DNA from: a virus
Lineage: Duplodnaviria; Caudoviricetes
Virus record (IMG/VR): IMGVR_UViG_3300001598_001791
Span: 1 to 64,000 of that record
Length of the DNA: 64,000 nt
Reading direction: 5' to 3' (one strand)
This document shows, one piece after another, positions 1-11,374 of this stretch (the stretch's first letter is position 1; the number at the start of each line of letters is the position of its first letter). Below the pieces are notes generated by a model, which worked only from the letters and a program-made list of their open reading frames with translations, searched no databases and was not told the DNA's origin. The position numbers were made by a program, and so were the translations under genes.

Positions 1-1
1 C

Positions 2-862
2 GATTTTGCTGCATTAACTAATGCTCAATTCGTTGCTGATGCTGCTGGTGTTCAAATTACTGGTACAATTGATAAACCTGCTATTAACTTAACATCTGCT
101 TCACAAGATATTTTAACTGGTGTTGCTACTGCTGGTACTTTACCATCATTCACAGAAGGCAAATTTACTGCTGCTTCAATCGATGAAAGTAAATTCTTCA
201 ATGCTGGTTCATTAGCTTTCGGTACTTTCAACGGTGGTACTGTTCCAACATTAGGCGAAGCTACTAAAGGTTCTTTCGCTACTGCTGGTCTTATCTTCTC
301 AGCATATAGTGCTGATGATGAAATGATTACATTCGGTGATGCTACTTTAGCTTCTGCTGTTACTGCACAAGGTACTTTATCTGGTGGTGTTGCTGCTACT
401 TGGACTGGTTCTGCTTTCACTGCTCCATCAATCGATGTTGCACAAGGCTTCAATGGTGGTTCAAAAGCTGCTGATACATTTGCTTCTGGTGCTATGCCAA
501 CATTCGCAAGTGGATCATTCAACAAGATTACTGATGCTGCTTTAGCTTCTAACCCAGTCTTCACTGGTGCTAAATATGGCTTAAGTTTAGCTTCTGATAC
601 AGCTTTAAAGAGTGTTGCTTTCACAGGTACATCTGCTGCTATTAAATTAACAGGTGCTAAATACTTGAAACAAGAAATTAGTGCTGCTACATTCAGTGGT
701 ACTGCTGCTACATTAGGTTTCAGTGGTTCTACATTTGCTAGTGGTATTGTTACTGGTGTTAAATACAATCAAGCTGCTGTTAGCTCTGCTACATTCGCTG
801 GTTCTGCATTTACTCCAAGTGCTACATTCACTGGAAGCTCTGCTACAATTTCTGTTAACTAG
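2..862 (+). CDS. 5'-truncated Ala/Thr/Gly/Ser-rich probable virion structural protein
   Basis: Frame 2 is open from the window edge to TAG at 860-862; ATFSG-like repeats; high-expression codon style (GCT, TTC, AAC) like the capsid exons; followed by a hairpin terminator. Confidence 0.7.
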   Translation, partial: DFAALTNAQFVADAAGVQITGTIDKPAINLTSASQDILTGVATAGTLPSFTEGKFTAASIDESKFFNAGSLAFGTFNGGTVPTLGEATKGSFATAGLIFSAYSADDEMITFGDATLASAVTAQGTLSGGVAATWTGSAFTAPSIDVAQGFNGGSKAADTFASGAMPTFASGSFNKITDAALASNPVFTGAKYGLSLASDTALKSVAFTGTSAAIKLTGAKYLKQEISAATFSGTAATLGFSGSTFASGIVTGVKYNQAAVSSATFAGSAFTPSATFTGSSATISVN

Positions 863-873
863 TAGAAAAATTA

Positions 874-923
874 AATATCTTAGAGGAGAGGTTGAAATAT
901 ACTTCCCTCTAAGTATATTTTTT
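874..923 (+). terminator. intrinsic terminator
   Basis: CTTAGAGG (879-886) pairs with CCTCTAAG (906-913), followed by a T-rich tract. Confidence 0.6.
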
Positions 924-972
924 CAGTATATTAAATAGTTAGTATATTGAAAAGCTATAAGGAGAATTAGAT

Positions 973-1215
973 ATGGCAAAGAAGAAGAAAGTTATTAAAG
1001 AAGAAGTTGTTTCTGAACCTATTATTGAAGAAGTTGGAAAAGAAAATACAGGTAAAGAAATTGAAATGAGACTTTTAGACATTATTGAAATACCTTCAAC
1101 TGCGCTTAATTTCGTTCCAGTTAGAAATGATATTTTTGAATTCGCTGGTTGTGAAGTTAAGTGTATTAGAAATTTTGGAAGTAGAATTTTTATTAAAGTT
1201 TTAAAACAAATTTAG
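973..1215 (+). CDS. hypothetical protein (80 aa)
   Basis: AAGGAG RBS, ATG, TAG stop. Confidence 0.7.
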   Translation: MAKKKKVIKEEVVSEPIIEEVGKENTGKEIEMRLLDIIEIPSTALNFVPVRNDIFEFAGCEVKCIRNFGSRIFIKVLKQI

Positions 1216-1244
1216 TTTACAATTATAATAAAAGGTAGTATAAT
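1216..1244 (+). promoter_or_regulatory. sigma70/sigmaA-type promoter
   Basis: TTTACA-N17-TATAAT; the same architecture recurs at 32740, 32842 and 61592. Confidence 0.7.
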
Positions 1245-1361
1245 AAAAATATTATCTTTTTTATTGTATACTATTTTGTGGGTAGCGTTTTATGAGAACG
1301 AGATAAAGATGCCATAACATCGGCCACAACTTAAAAAAATATCTTTATGGAGGTATAAGAA

Positions 1362-2342
1362 ATGAAAAAATTAGATATTTTAATTCCACAATATAAAGAA
1401 ACAGATGAAATTGTTAAACCATTATTAGATAGTTTAGCAATTCAACAAAATGTTGACTTTAAAAAAATTGGTGTAATTATTTGTAATGACGGCACTGATG
1501 TTTACTTATCAGATGAATTATTGAAGTCATATCCATTTGATATTCAATATCACAAAGAGCCACATAGAGGAGTATCAGGAACTAGAAATGCTTGTTTAGA
1601 TTATTCTAAGGCAGAGTATGTAATGTTCTGTGACGCTGATGATATGTTCTATAATGCTTGTGGGTTATGGATTATTTTTAATGAAATGAATAAAAAGGGT
1701 GGGTTTGATAGCATGACTTCGTTATTTGTTGAAGAGGCCAGAGATGCTAATAAAAATGTTATCTATGTCAATAGGGAACAAGACTCAACCTTTGTTCATG
1801 GTAAAATTCATCGTAGAAAGTATTTATTAAAAGAAAATATCAGATGGAATGAAAAATTAACAATACATGAAGATTCATATTTTAATGTCCTTTGTCAGAA
1901 TTTAACAAAAAAATTTAAGTACTGTCAATCACCATTCTATTTATGGAAATGGAGAGATGCTTCTGTCTGCAGACATGACCCGAAATATATTTTAAAGACA
2001 TATAATAATCTTTTAGATGGCGTTGATGCTTTAGTTGATGAATTTGAAAGAAGGGGTAAAGATAAACATGCTAACCTCTATTGTTGTTCTGAGGTATTTG
2101 ATGCCTACTATACAATGAACAAGAAGGAATGGATTGATCAAGAGAACCAAGAATATAGAGATGCTGTTGAGAAACATTTTAGTGAATGGTTCAAGAAGTG
2201 GAAATATATTTGGGATAGAGTTCCTGAAAATGAAAGAATTCAATTATCAACCGGAATTAGACAACGTGGTGTTCAAGAAGGGTCTATGCTAATGGAAAAT
2301 ATTACAATGTCAGATTGGCTTGAACATATTCAATCATTATAG
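1362..2342 (+). CDS. GT2-family glycosyltransferase
   Basis: N-terminal ILIPQYKE, ICNDG, GVSGTRN, DxD motif FCDADD, HEDSYF; all 9 Trp codons are TGG. Confidence 0.85.
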   Translation: MKKLDILIPQYKETDEIVKPLLDSLAIQQNVDFKKIGVIICNDGTDVYLSDELLKSYPFDIQYHKEPHRGVSGTRNACLDYSKAEYVMFCDADDMFYNACGLWIIFNEMNKKGGFDSMTSLFVEEARDANKNVIYVNREQDSTFVHGKIHRRKYLLKENIRWNEKLTIHEDSYFNVLCQNLTKKFKYCQSPFYLWKWRDASVCRHDPKYILKTYNNLLDGVDALVDEFERRGKDKHANLYCCSEVFDAYYTMNKKEWIDQENQEYRDAVEKHFSEWFKKWKYIWDRVPENERIQLSTGIRQRGVQEGSMLMENITMSDWLEHIQSL

Positions 2343-2360
2343 AAAATTAAGATAAATATT

Positions 2361-2376
2361 TGCTAAAATTATTATA
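2361..2376 (+). promoter_or_regulatory. candidate phage late promoter motif TGCTAAA(A/T)TTA(A/T)TATA
   Basis: Near-identical intergenic copies at 14306, 23551, 33546, 35094, 40619 and 57755; a variant at 29905 lies inside intron 6. Confidence 0.65.
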
Positions 2377-2460
2377 AATAAAAGTATTTGAAATTGATAG
2401 TACTTATTAAAATAGAAGTACCTGGAAAAGATAGGTGAATATTTATTTAAAAAAATAGAT

Positions 2461-2496
2461 CCCTGTCTCTTCGAGTATGTAGAGATAGGGTTTTTT
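2461..2496 (+). terminator. intrinsic terminator
   Basis: CCCTGTCTCT/AGAGATAGGG stem followed by T6. Confidence 0.7.
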
Positions 2497-2513
2497 AATG
2501 TGAGGAATCTATC

Positions 2514-2804
2514 ATGTGTTTATTCATATATTTATTGAATATATTTGATTATTTATGCACAATGTTTTGAGTAAATAAATATGGTATTGAAATTGAAGCA
2601 AATCCTATTTCAAGATTTTTTATTCAAAATAATTTACTTGGATTTGTTAAGATAGTTATAGTTGGTATACTTCTTTATTATATAGAGAAGAAAAATAAAT
2701 TTAAGAAATTAAATATTTTTCTGTTAATTATTTATTTGATGTTAGCTGTATACCATATTTACTTATTAGTTATGACAGGATATTTTTTATGAAACAAGAA
2801 ATAA
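2514..2804 (+). CDS. small membrane protein, DUF5658-like (96 aa, code 4)
   Basis: GAGGA RBS; LNIFDYLCT...EANP motif plus hydrophobic segments; two in-frame TGA; absent from the code-11 ORF track. Confidence 0.6.
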
Positions 2805-3010
2805 AGAGAGAAAAGGCAGAAGACTGGGCTAAGGCAGTTAACTTTATCCCAAAGAAAGATGAAATTATTATTTATGATTGTGAAGATGGAACCAAGATCA
2901 AAATTGGTGACGGTGTTCACAAAGTAAATGAATTAGACTTTATTGATAATTATGTATCAATTGCTAATGTTAATAGAGTTGAGGACGAAGTAATTATTAT
3001 GGAGGATTAA
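2789..3010 (+). CDS. small protein resembling a phage fibre N-terminal (Mtd/hyaluronidase N-like) domain
   Basis: W...NFIP..EIIIYD...KIKIGDG...ELDF pattern. Confidence 0.55.
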   Translation: MKQEIKREKAEDWAKAVNFIPKKDEIIIYDCEDGTKIKIGDGVHKVNELDFIDNYVSIANVNRVEDEVIIMED

Positions 3011-3014
3011 TATT

Positions 3015-4793
3015 ATGTCTGAAGTAAGTAAGATAAATGTAAATGGTATTTCTCGGCCATTGAAGGATGCTGTTGCCCGTGAGATGATTGAGAACTTACC
3101 AAAACCAATGGTCTTTAAAGGAACTCTTGGTATAGGTGGTACCATCACTGAATTACCAGAGCCAACATTACAAACAATAGGACATACCTATTTAGTTATT
3201 ACTGAAGGTACTTATGCTGAAAAATATGCTCGTGTTGGAGATATGTTTGTTTGTGATGAAGCACCTGAGTGGGTATTAATTGTTGGTGGTACATCAGTTT
3301 CTGTTAGTAGAGATGGTACTTCAGCTAATAGTGTTAGGTATATTACTATCGATGGACAAGAGAGTAAACTAGATATTGACAGAAAAGACTTTGTTGGGTA
3401 TGTAAGTAATCTTACATCTTTAGCTGGAACAACTGAATTTATTGCTGTTAGTGGAAATAAAAATATTACTACCACCGCACAAACAGACGTTGCTTCATAT
3501 AGCACAGCTACTGTGTCAGATTCAGATTTGGTAGCTTCAAACATTAAAACAGGCGTAAATATTTTAGGTATAAATGGAACATATACTTCAGATGGCACTT
3601 TAGTGGCTAATGCTATTAGAAGTGGTTATACAGGATACTCTAAAGGGACTAAATATACAGGAACAATGGCTAATTATACTGGCTCATATCAAATAGTTCC
3701 TGGAACATCAACGACAACCTTACAAACAAGTGGTAAGTATGTTAATTCAAATATTTATTGCAATGGTGAATCTAATTTATTAGCTGGCAATATCAAAGCT
3801 GGTATTACTATCTTTGGTGTTGTTGGTACATATTCTGGTGGTGGACAAACTGAAATTAATCCAGTATTTAGTGGTTTTATTAGAACAGGTTCTCCACAAG
3901 AACAGCAAAGTGCTAGCCTTAGTTTTACAAACTCTGCTGGTTGGGCACAAGTAACTGATATAATTATAAAATTTTATAGTAGTATGTCAGCTTCTAACTT
4001 TTGCCAATATTTATTAAAGAAAGTTTCGTCAGCGTGGATAAAATATATTGAATCTGGTGATGCATCTGTTTCATCACAAAGTACGGTAATTGTAAACATT
4101 AATGGCACATTATTAACTATTGATGAATCAGCCTATAGTGATTATGGATGGGGATTACATAATTTCACTTTACCCTATACTGGATTTAGTGATTTACCAA
4201 CATTTAATCAATCTAGTGCTAATAAGGCTATTGAATTTACTGCTTCTGGATCAGGTACAACTACTGGAGCTAGTTCACTTTATGGTATTTCATTATCTGA
4301 AGTTAACGGGCCAGCTAATCCAAACTGGTCAAGTGTTATTATTTGTGATAATGGTTCAACTAGTTTTTCAACTACTTATACCTTATCTTATAACTCAGGC
4401 CCAAGTTCACTTCAGGGATATTATTGTGATGACTTAATTAGTGATTATTGTCCACAAGACGGGCCATATCAATCACGATTAAGATATTTAACTAATGCTA
4501 ATGATTACTCATCAATGAGTTCTATTGAACCATCAAATACATATATAGTGTACTCAAAAGGCCAAAATACTTATGTTTGTGTAGCTAGATATAATTTTGC
4601 TAGTGGTACAAATATTACTATCCAAAATGTATATTTAGATGGCGTTGCATTAACAGAAGAAACTATCATTACTGATAATGGCGAAGAACCTGGTTGGAAC
4701 GTTCCGGTTAGTGAAAATTTAAATTTAACTATTGAAACAACACAAAGTGAATATGAAACTTATGGCAACTGTATGTTTACAACAGCTGCTTAG
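3015..4793 (+). CDS. Thr/Ser/Gly-rich fibre-like virion protein (592 aa)
   Basis: Shares KP.VFKGTLG..GTIT.LP and YITIDG modules with genes 4830 and 14714; NIKTGVNILG/NIKAGITIFG repeats. Confidence 0.65.
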   Translation: MSEVSKINVNGISRPLKDAVAREMIENLPKPMVFKGTLGIGGTITELPEPTLQTIGHTYLVITEGTYAEKYARVGDMFVCDEAPEWVLIVGGTSVSVSRDGTSANSVRYITIDGQESKLDIDRKDFVGYVSNLTSLAGTTEFIAVSGNKNITTTAQTDVASYSTATVSDSDLVASNIKTGVNILGINGTYTSDGTLVANAIRSGYTGYSKGTKYTGTMANYTGSYQIVPGTSTTTLQTSGKYVNSNIYCNGESNLLAGNIKAGITIFGVVGTYSGGGQTEINPVFSGFIRTGSPQEQQSASLSFTNSAGWAQVTDIIIKFYSSMSASNFCQYLLKKVSSAWIKYIESGDASVSSQSTVIVNINGTLLTIDESAYSDYGWGLHNFTLPYTGFSDLPTFNQSSANKAIEFTASGSGTTTGASSLYGISLSEVNGPANPNWSSVIICDNGSTSFSTTYTLSYNSGPSSLQGYYCDDLISDYCPQDGPYQSRLRYLTNANDYSSMSSIEPSNTYIVYSKGQNTYVCVARYNFASGTNITIQNVYLDGVALTEETIITDNGEEPGWNVPVSENLNLTIETTQSEYETYGNCMFTTAA

Positions 4794-4829
4794 AAATTTA
4801 TTGTATGATATTATGGAGGATAAAAATAT

Positions 4830-6188
4830 ATGTCTGATGTAAGTAAGATAAATGTAAATGGTACTACCTATGACTTAAAAGATTCTACTGCTCGAGCTCA
4901 GATTGAGGCCTTACCGAAGCCAGTTGTATTTAAAGGCACATTAGGAACTACTGGTACTATTACTACATTACCAGAAGCTAGTGCTAGCACAATTGGTCAT
5001 ATGTATAAGGTTATTACTGCTGGAACATATGCTGGAAAAGAAGCTAAAGTTGGTGACTTATTTATTGGAACTGAGTTACCATCAGCTACTGAAACTTGGT
5101 TAATTAATGATACTCCAGCAGTTGCTACAGGTGTTACTACTTTTACAGTTAATTTTAATTCTAATAACACTGCTTATTCCCAAATGGAAATGACCAAGAT
5201 GACAATGCCTGGTCTTGGAACTGTTAGCACTATTACTTATGGTAGTGATACTGCTTATTCAAGTTCCCATTCACCTAATTGGTATAATAATGATTATAAA
5301 ACAATTACTTTAAAGACAGCTGCCAGTGGAGACTTATTAACTTGGTTAACTAACAATGCTTCAAAAGTTTTATACGATTGGGTATTAGTTCCATCTGGTG
5401 ATGAACCAAGTGGTACTGTTACAAATATTGCTACTGGATCTGGTTTAACTGGTGGACCTATTACAACTACTGGTACTATTAGTGTAGATTATACTGCAGT
5501 ACAAGAAAAATTAGTTTCTGGAACAAATATTAAAACAATTAATAATGAATCTATTTTAGGAAGTGGTAATATTACTGCTGGCTTAGAAATTCCTGAAGTA
5601 GTTATTACTCAAAGCCAAGTAACGTCAGTTGACCCATTAACAATTCAATTAACTGATGCGCAATATACTTTAATTAATAGTAGTGTCAGTAAATTTATTA
5701 AATTGAATGCTACTGATTTAGGCTCTGGCACAATGACATTTAACGTTGAAGATTGAGAAACACTTCTTTACTTAAGTTCTCATAATGGTGTTTGGGATGC
5801 CACCACATCAGTAGCCGCAGCACAACAAGAAAATTTATTTGTAGTTAACAAGACTACTAAAGTTGGTATTTATTCAACTGTATATAGCCAACCACAATTA
5901 ATTCCTGGTAACAATATTGATATTACCAATAATGTTATTAGCTGGGTAGCTCCAGTTACATCAATGACAACAACAATCACTGGTGATGGATCTACAAGTT
6001 TATTTACAATTGATCATTCATTTAATACAAGAGATTTAATTATCCAATTATATGAATTAACAAACTATGAAACTGTTGAAGCAACAGTTAAGAGAGCTAC
6101 AACAAGCACTATAACAGTAGAATTTAAAGATGCTCCAGCTGTTGGTTTAAACTTTAGAGTTTGTATTTATTCATTAAATAATTTATAG
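4830..6188 (+). CDS. fibre-like virion protein (452 aa, code 4)
   Basis: ORFs 4830-5756 and 5964-6188 share a frame and are separated only by TGA at 5754. Confidence 0.7.
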
Positions 6189-6207
6189 AGTTATAGGAGG
6201 CTAATAA

Positions 6208-9081
6208 ATGAAAAATTATGGCAAGATAACTGACAATAAAGATGTTACAACCAAAGAGTTTGTTGATGCTCAAGTTGGTACTAAACAAGATACTATTAGT
6301 GATTTATCAACAATCAGAAGTGGTGCTGCACTAGGTGCTACGGCGTTGCAACCAAATAGTGCAATTACAGCCGGAACAGCAACAAAAGTTACTTACGATG
6401 CTAAAGGTTTAATTACCAGTGGCACAACATTAGCTGCAAGTGATATTCCGAACTTAGATGCTGCAAAGATTACTAGTGGTACATTTGCTGACGCTAGAAT
6501 TGCTAGTGCATCTATTTGGAATGCTAAACAAGCTGCTATTACAGGTGCTGCTACTACTATTACTAGTTCAGATTTAACAGCTTCAAGGGCTTTAATTTCT
6601 AACGGAAGTGGAAAGGTTGCTGTATCTGATATTACTTCAACTGAGCTTAATTATTTAGATGGTGTTACTTCAAATATTCAAACACAATTAAATAATAAAG
6701 AAGCTGCTGATGCAACAATTTTGAAAAAAGCAAATGTTGTTGATAATGTTACTACAACTACAACAAATATTCCATTATCAGCAAATCAAGGTAAATTATT
6801 AAATGATAGAATTAACAATTTAGAATCAGTTGGTAGATTCTTATCAATTTGGAATTGTATTACTGGTAAACCAACATCAGATCCAACTACATTGCCTTAT
6901 GCTTATAAAACAGGTGACTATTATAGAGTTGGTGTAGTTGCTGCGACAGGTGGAACTAACTATAAACCAAGTGGCCAATCTTATACTGGGGCTGCTTCAA
7001 CAACACAAGAAACAGCTACAGTAGACATTGGTTATATTTATTACTATGATGGTTCAATCTGGACATTACAAGCTGGTTCACCTGAAGGTAAAGTACAAGA
7101 TGTTCAAGTTGATGATGTTTCTACTTTATCTGGTGGTATCGCTAAGATTACTTTAGGTAGTTTTGGTGTTACGGCTACTGCATCTGAATTAAATACCTTA
7201 GATGGAATCACGGCTACAACAACAGAACTTAACTATACAGATGGCGTTACCAGTAATATTCAAACACAAATAGATAATATTGGTAATGTTAGAATTGGTA
7301 CTACTACAAGTGGTCATGCCAATGGAGTTATTTTAAACGATTTAACTAACAATGTTGCTAGTGGAAACTATAGTATTGCTGAGGGGAATAGAACGACTGC
7401 TTCTGCTACCGGGGCTCATGCTGAAGGTTATTACACTATTGCCTCTGGTGCATACTCTCATGCAGAAGGTGGAAAGAATGGAGCATCATCCGAAGCTAGT
7501 GGTTACGCTTCTCACGTTGAAGGTATTTCTAATATAGCCTCAGGTGGTGCATCACATGCTGAAGGTATTTTTACTGTTGCTGGCAGTACTTATGCAACAC
7601 ATACTGAAGGTTATGGAACACAAGCATTATCGGATCTTCAACACGTAGAAGGTTCATATAATATTACAGATTCAAATTCAACTTATGTTCACATCATTGG
7701 TAATGGTGAAGATGATAATACAAGATCTAACGCTCATACAGTCGACTGGTCTGGTAATGCTTGGTATTCGGGAAATATCAAGGTTGGTGGAACAAGCTAT
7801 ACTGATGTTAATGCTAAACAATTAGCTACACAAGACTATGTAACAACAGCTGTTAGTGGAAAACAAGATACTTTAGTTAGTGGAACGAATATCAAAACGA
7901 TAAATAATACAACTATCTTGGGTAGCGGTGATATTTCTACTCCAGATACAAAGAATACAGCTGGTTCGACTGATACTTCATCTAAAATTTATTTAATAGG
8001 AGCTACAGAACAATCAGCTAATCCCCAAACATACTCAGATGATCAGGTATATGTTGAAAATGGTACTTTAAAAGCACCAATATTTAGCGGAACATTAACA
8101 GGTAATGCAACTAGTGCTACTACAGCAACTAAACTTAAATCAAATAGAACTATTGCTTTAGGAACTGGCGTTATAGGTACTGCCACGGCATTTGATGGTT
8201 CTTCAAATATAACTATTCCTGTTACTGAAGTAAAAGAGGGCTATTTAAGTTGGGGCGGTCAACATATAACTGGTAAAACATCTCCATTAGGTATGGCTAT
8301 TTCAAATGAACATAATGCTAATAGAATGGCTTATATAAATGGCGATGCTATAACAATGGAATATTCATCAGATGCCGGCTCTACTTGGACTGACTATGGA
8401 CACGGAGCAGCAAGTAAATCATGATTTTTTACATCTGGTTTAGACCTTCCTGTTGGGAGACCTTCTACTTCAACTGCTTATACGTTAGATTCAAGAACTA
8501 GAATTACAATTACAGCACAAAATGGTACAAATGGATATGTATATACTGATCCTAGAAAAATGTTATTACAAGTTTCAACCGCTTGTGGATTACAAGTGTT
8601 AATTGAAACACGTACTGGAGCCAATTATCAAAGCGAAGGATCATGAAGTACATTTGGAACATATGCAGTATCAGGGTGGAGCGGTTGGAATGATATTCCT
8701 CTTGTTTTAAGTACTTTAGGTGGAGCAACTAGTCAGCTAGCTAATATATGGCAATTAAGACTTACATTTAGTGTTACATCTGTTTCGTCATCTTCCTCAA
8801 CACATTGTAATGTTCGTGCGTGTCGTATTTATGGTACTAATCTTTGGACTAGTCCATCAACATTAGCAACTAATGGACATATGTATACAATTGATACTGC
8901 TCAAAATGTTACATTCCCTGCTGAGGTCAGAGATTCGTCTGGGTATAAGTTAGAAAATACGGGTAATAAAGTTACTTCTATTTCAAGTTCATCTACTGAT
9001 ACTCAATATCCAACGGCAAAAGCTGTGTATAATATAGTAGGAAATATTGAGGCTGCTTTAATAGCTATTAGAGGAGTATAA
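6208..9081 (+). CDS. tail fibre/adhesin with YadA-head-like SHAEG repeats (957 aa, code 4)
   Basis: Repeated (S/A)H(A/V/T)EG motifs; reading through two TGA joins 6208-8424 to 8881-9081 in frame. Confidence 0.75.
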
Positions 9082-9083
9082 TT

Positions 9084-10520
9084 ATGAGTATTGAAAGTCA
9101 ATTAACTGCTTTACAACAAGATATTACAAATGCTAGAGCTGCTGTCACCACAAAAGGTGGCACAGTTACTAGTGGAGGTGGGTCATCTCAATTAGCGACA
9201 GATATTGCTACAATTCCAACTGGTATTACTCCGTCAGGAAATATTGAATTAACACAACAAACAGGAACTAATGTTACTAATTATGCTACTGCTTCCGTTA
9301 AGTCAGGTTCATATTCAGCATCAGGTTCTGCAGCTATTACAACAACTCCAATTGTAACACCAGCAATTAGTGGTAATATTACAGATATTACTACTACAAC
9401 AACTCCATCTGGAACGAGTGGAACAGATTATTGGTTATTAGACCCAAGTGGTACTGTTACTACTACTGGTATTGCTACAGCTACTGGAACTGCTACGGTT
9501 GGTACTGCTGGTTGGTTAGCAACAGGCTCTAAAACAGGAACTGGCACAGCTAATATTACTCCAACAGTCGCGGCTGGAACTAATAGATATTTAACAAAAT
9601 CAACAATTACAAATAATACATCAGGTGGTACATCATCGGGAACTATTAATGCTGGTAGTCAAATTAAGTTTGGTGCTGGCTATAATAAAACAGATGTATA
9701 TTATACTGCCCAAGCGGCAAGAGGAACTGATAAAGCTGCAGCTACTTATAATACATCTACTTCAGATCAAACAATTGCTGCTGGTTATTATTTAACAGGT
9801 GCTCAAACAATTAAAGCTGTTACAACATCTAATATTTCAGCTGAAAATATTAAGAGTGGTGTCGTAGTTCAAGTCGGTGATGCTAATAGTGCTGGAAGAA
9901 TTAAAAATGTTACTGGTACTTATACAGGTCCTACTCTAAGAGGTACTGCGGTTGCTAGTGATGTTGCTGCTGGTAAGACGTTCTATAATACGTCAGCTAG
10001 TACAGTTGTAACTGGTACTGCTGCTATGGCTACTGCTACTTATAGTTCTGGTAATATTACTCTTACTAATGGTTTCCCTGCAGGAATTGGATTACAATCT
10101 AAAACAGTTACACCAACAACATCTGCCCAAACAGTTACTGCTGATAGTGGATATATTGGTTTATCAAGTGTTATCGTTAATGCTGCAACTGGTGGAACTG
10201 TTATGCAATATTATCAAGGAAGTGATAATAATACTAATACAACAATGACAGCTACAACTCTTACTTTAACTGTAAACCAAACAGGTACTTATACTGTTAT
10301 TTGGGGTGCTGGATATAATAGAAATTCAGGTTCTCCACAAACACAATTATATATTGGTACTACTGCTTATGGAAGTGCTACAACATATTCAGGAAACGGA
10401 ACATCTATTAAGTTGACTGGTGTTTCATTAACTGCTGGACAAACGGTTACGGTTTATGTAAAATCAGCCTCTAGTTCATACAGGGCTTCTGTATCTAACT
10501 TATTTATTATTAAAGAATAG
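9084..10520 (+). CDS. Thr/Gly-rich fibre-like virion protein (478 aa)
   Basis: Composition; ENIKSGV and GTA.ASDV.AGKTF fibre-type motifs. Confidence 0.65.
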   Translation: MSIESQLTALQQDITNARAAVTTKGGTVTSGGGSSQLATDIATIPTGITPSGNIELTQQTGTNVTNYATASVKSGSYSASGSAAITTTPIVTPAISGNITDITTTTTPSGTSGTDYWLLDPSGTVTTTGIATATGTATVGTAGWLATGSKTGTGTANITPTVAAGTNRYLTKSTITNNTSGGTSSGTINAGSQIKFGAGYNKTDVYYTAQAARGTDKAAATYNTSTSDQTIAAGYYLTGAQTIKAVTTSNISAENIKSGVVVQVGDANSAGRIKNVTGTYTGPTLRGTAVASDVAAGKTFYNTSASTVVTGTAAMATATYSSGNITLTNGFPAGIGLQSKTVTPTTSAQTVTADSGYIGLSSVIVNAATGGTVMQYYQGSDNNTNTTMTATTLTLTVNQTGTYTVIWGAGYNRNSGSPQTQLYIGTTAYGSATTYSGNGTSIKLTGVSLTAGQTVTVYVKSASSSYRASVSNLFIIKE

Positions 10521-10533
10521 GAGAATATAAAAT

Positions 10534-10848
10534 ATGGCAACTGTAAATCAAATAACATTATCAAATGGTACAACATATGATATTAAAGATAATATTAGCG
10601 GATACTTAACAACAGTTCCAACTGCTACTTCATCAGTATTAGGCGGTGTTAAGATTGGAACAAACATCAACGTCTCCTCTGGTGTTATTAGTGTAAATAC
10701 AGCTTCAACTTCTGCCTTAGGAGTTATGAAAGTTGGAACTGGTCTTACTGCTAGTTCAGGAACAGTTAGTGTTGCTGCTGCTACCTCATCAAACTATGGC
10801 GGAGTCAAAGTATCATTAAGTGGTACAACATTAACAATTACTGTTTAG
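10534..10848 (+). CDS. small fibre-associated protein with A(T/S)xSxxGxxK(I/V) repeats
   Basis: Three repeats: ATSSVLGGVKIG, ASTSALGVMKVG, ATSSNYGGVKV. Confidence 0.6.
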   Translation: MATVNQITLSNGTTYDIKDNISGYLTTVPTATSSVLGGVKIGTNINVSSGVISVNTASTSALGVMKVGTGLTASSGTVSVAAATSSNYGGVKVSLSGTTLTITV

Positions 10849-10857
10849 GAGGAATAT

Positions 10858-11364
10858 ATGCCAATTATTTATAATGGTACTACCCTATCTACAGTTAAAT
10901 ATAATGGAACAACTTTAGATAAAGTTATTTATAATGGAGTTACTGTGTTTGAGAGCTGGCAAACAACTCCAATTACTTTATATGATGGATATGTTGAAAA
11001 ACAAACAACCGGTTCATCTAGACAAGATTGTGAAATTTATAGTGGAACTCTTTCTGCCACAATACCAAGTACAATGACATTATATGTCTATGATACTAAC
11101 GGTTTATCTACTGTATCATGCTCTGTTCAAATTTATGGTAAAACATCTAGTTCAGGAAGCTGGACTTTGATTAAAACTTTTGATCCAGGAACTCTTACTA
11201 ATTGTAGCATAATTCCATCTGCGAGTAGCGTTACAACTATAAGTTTAGGTGATGACTTAACTACATCTTATGTTTCATATAGAGCACTTATTCCTAGGTC
11301 AAGTAGACCAGACTTAACTGTTAAATTAGGATATTTTACTTTAACTAAATATAAAAATGCTTAG
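10858..11364 (+). CDS. hypothetical fibre-associated protein
   Basis: GGAGG RBS; N-terminal YNGT repeats. Confidence 0.6.
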   Translation: MPIIYNGTTLSTVKYNGTTLDKVIYNGVTVFESWQTTPITLYDGYVEKQTTGSSRQDCEIYSGTLSATIPSTMTLYVYDTNGLSTVSCSVQIYGKTSSSGSWTLIKTFDPGTLTNCSIIPSASSVTTISLGDDLTTSYVSYRALIPRSSRPDLTVKLGYFTLTKYKNA

Positions 11365-11374
11365 GAGTTAATAT

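Noticed and set aside
52-768. Minus-strand 238-aa ORF and other minus-strand ORFs in the track (e.g. 3212, 23950, 24673, 38568, 48353, 60952)
   Set aside because: Antisense shadows of well-supported plus-strand genes, with no RBS or motifs
1253-1361. Riboswitch in the GT2 leader (TTGTGG...CCACAA pairing)
   Set aside because: A hairpin is possible, but I recognise no aptamer consensus and see no expression platform
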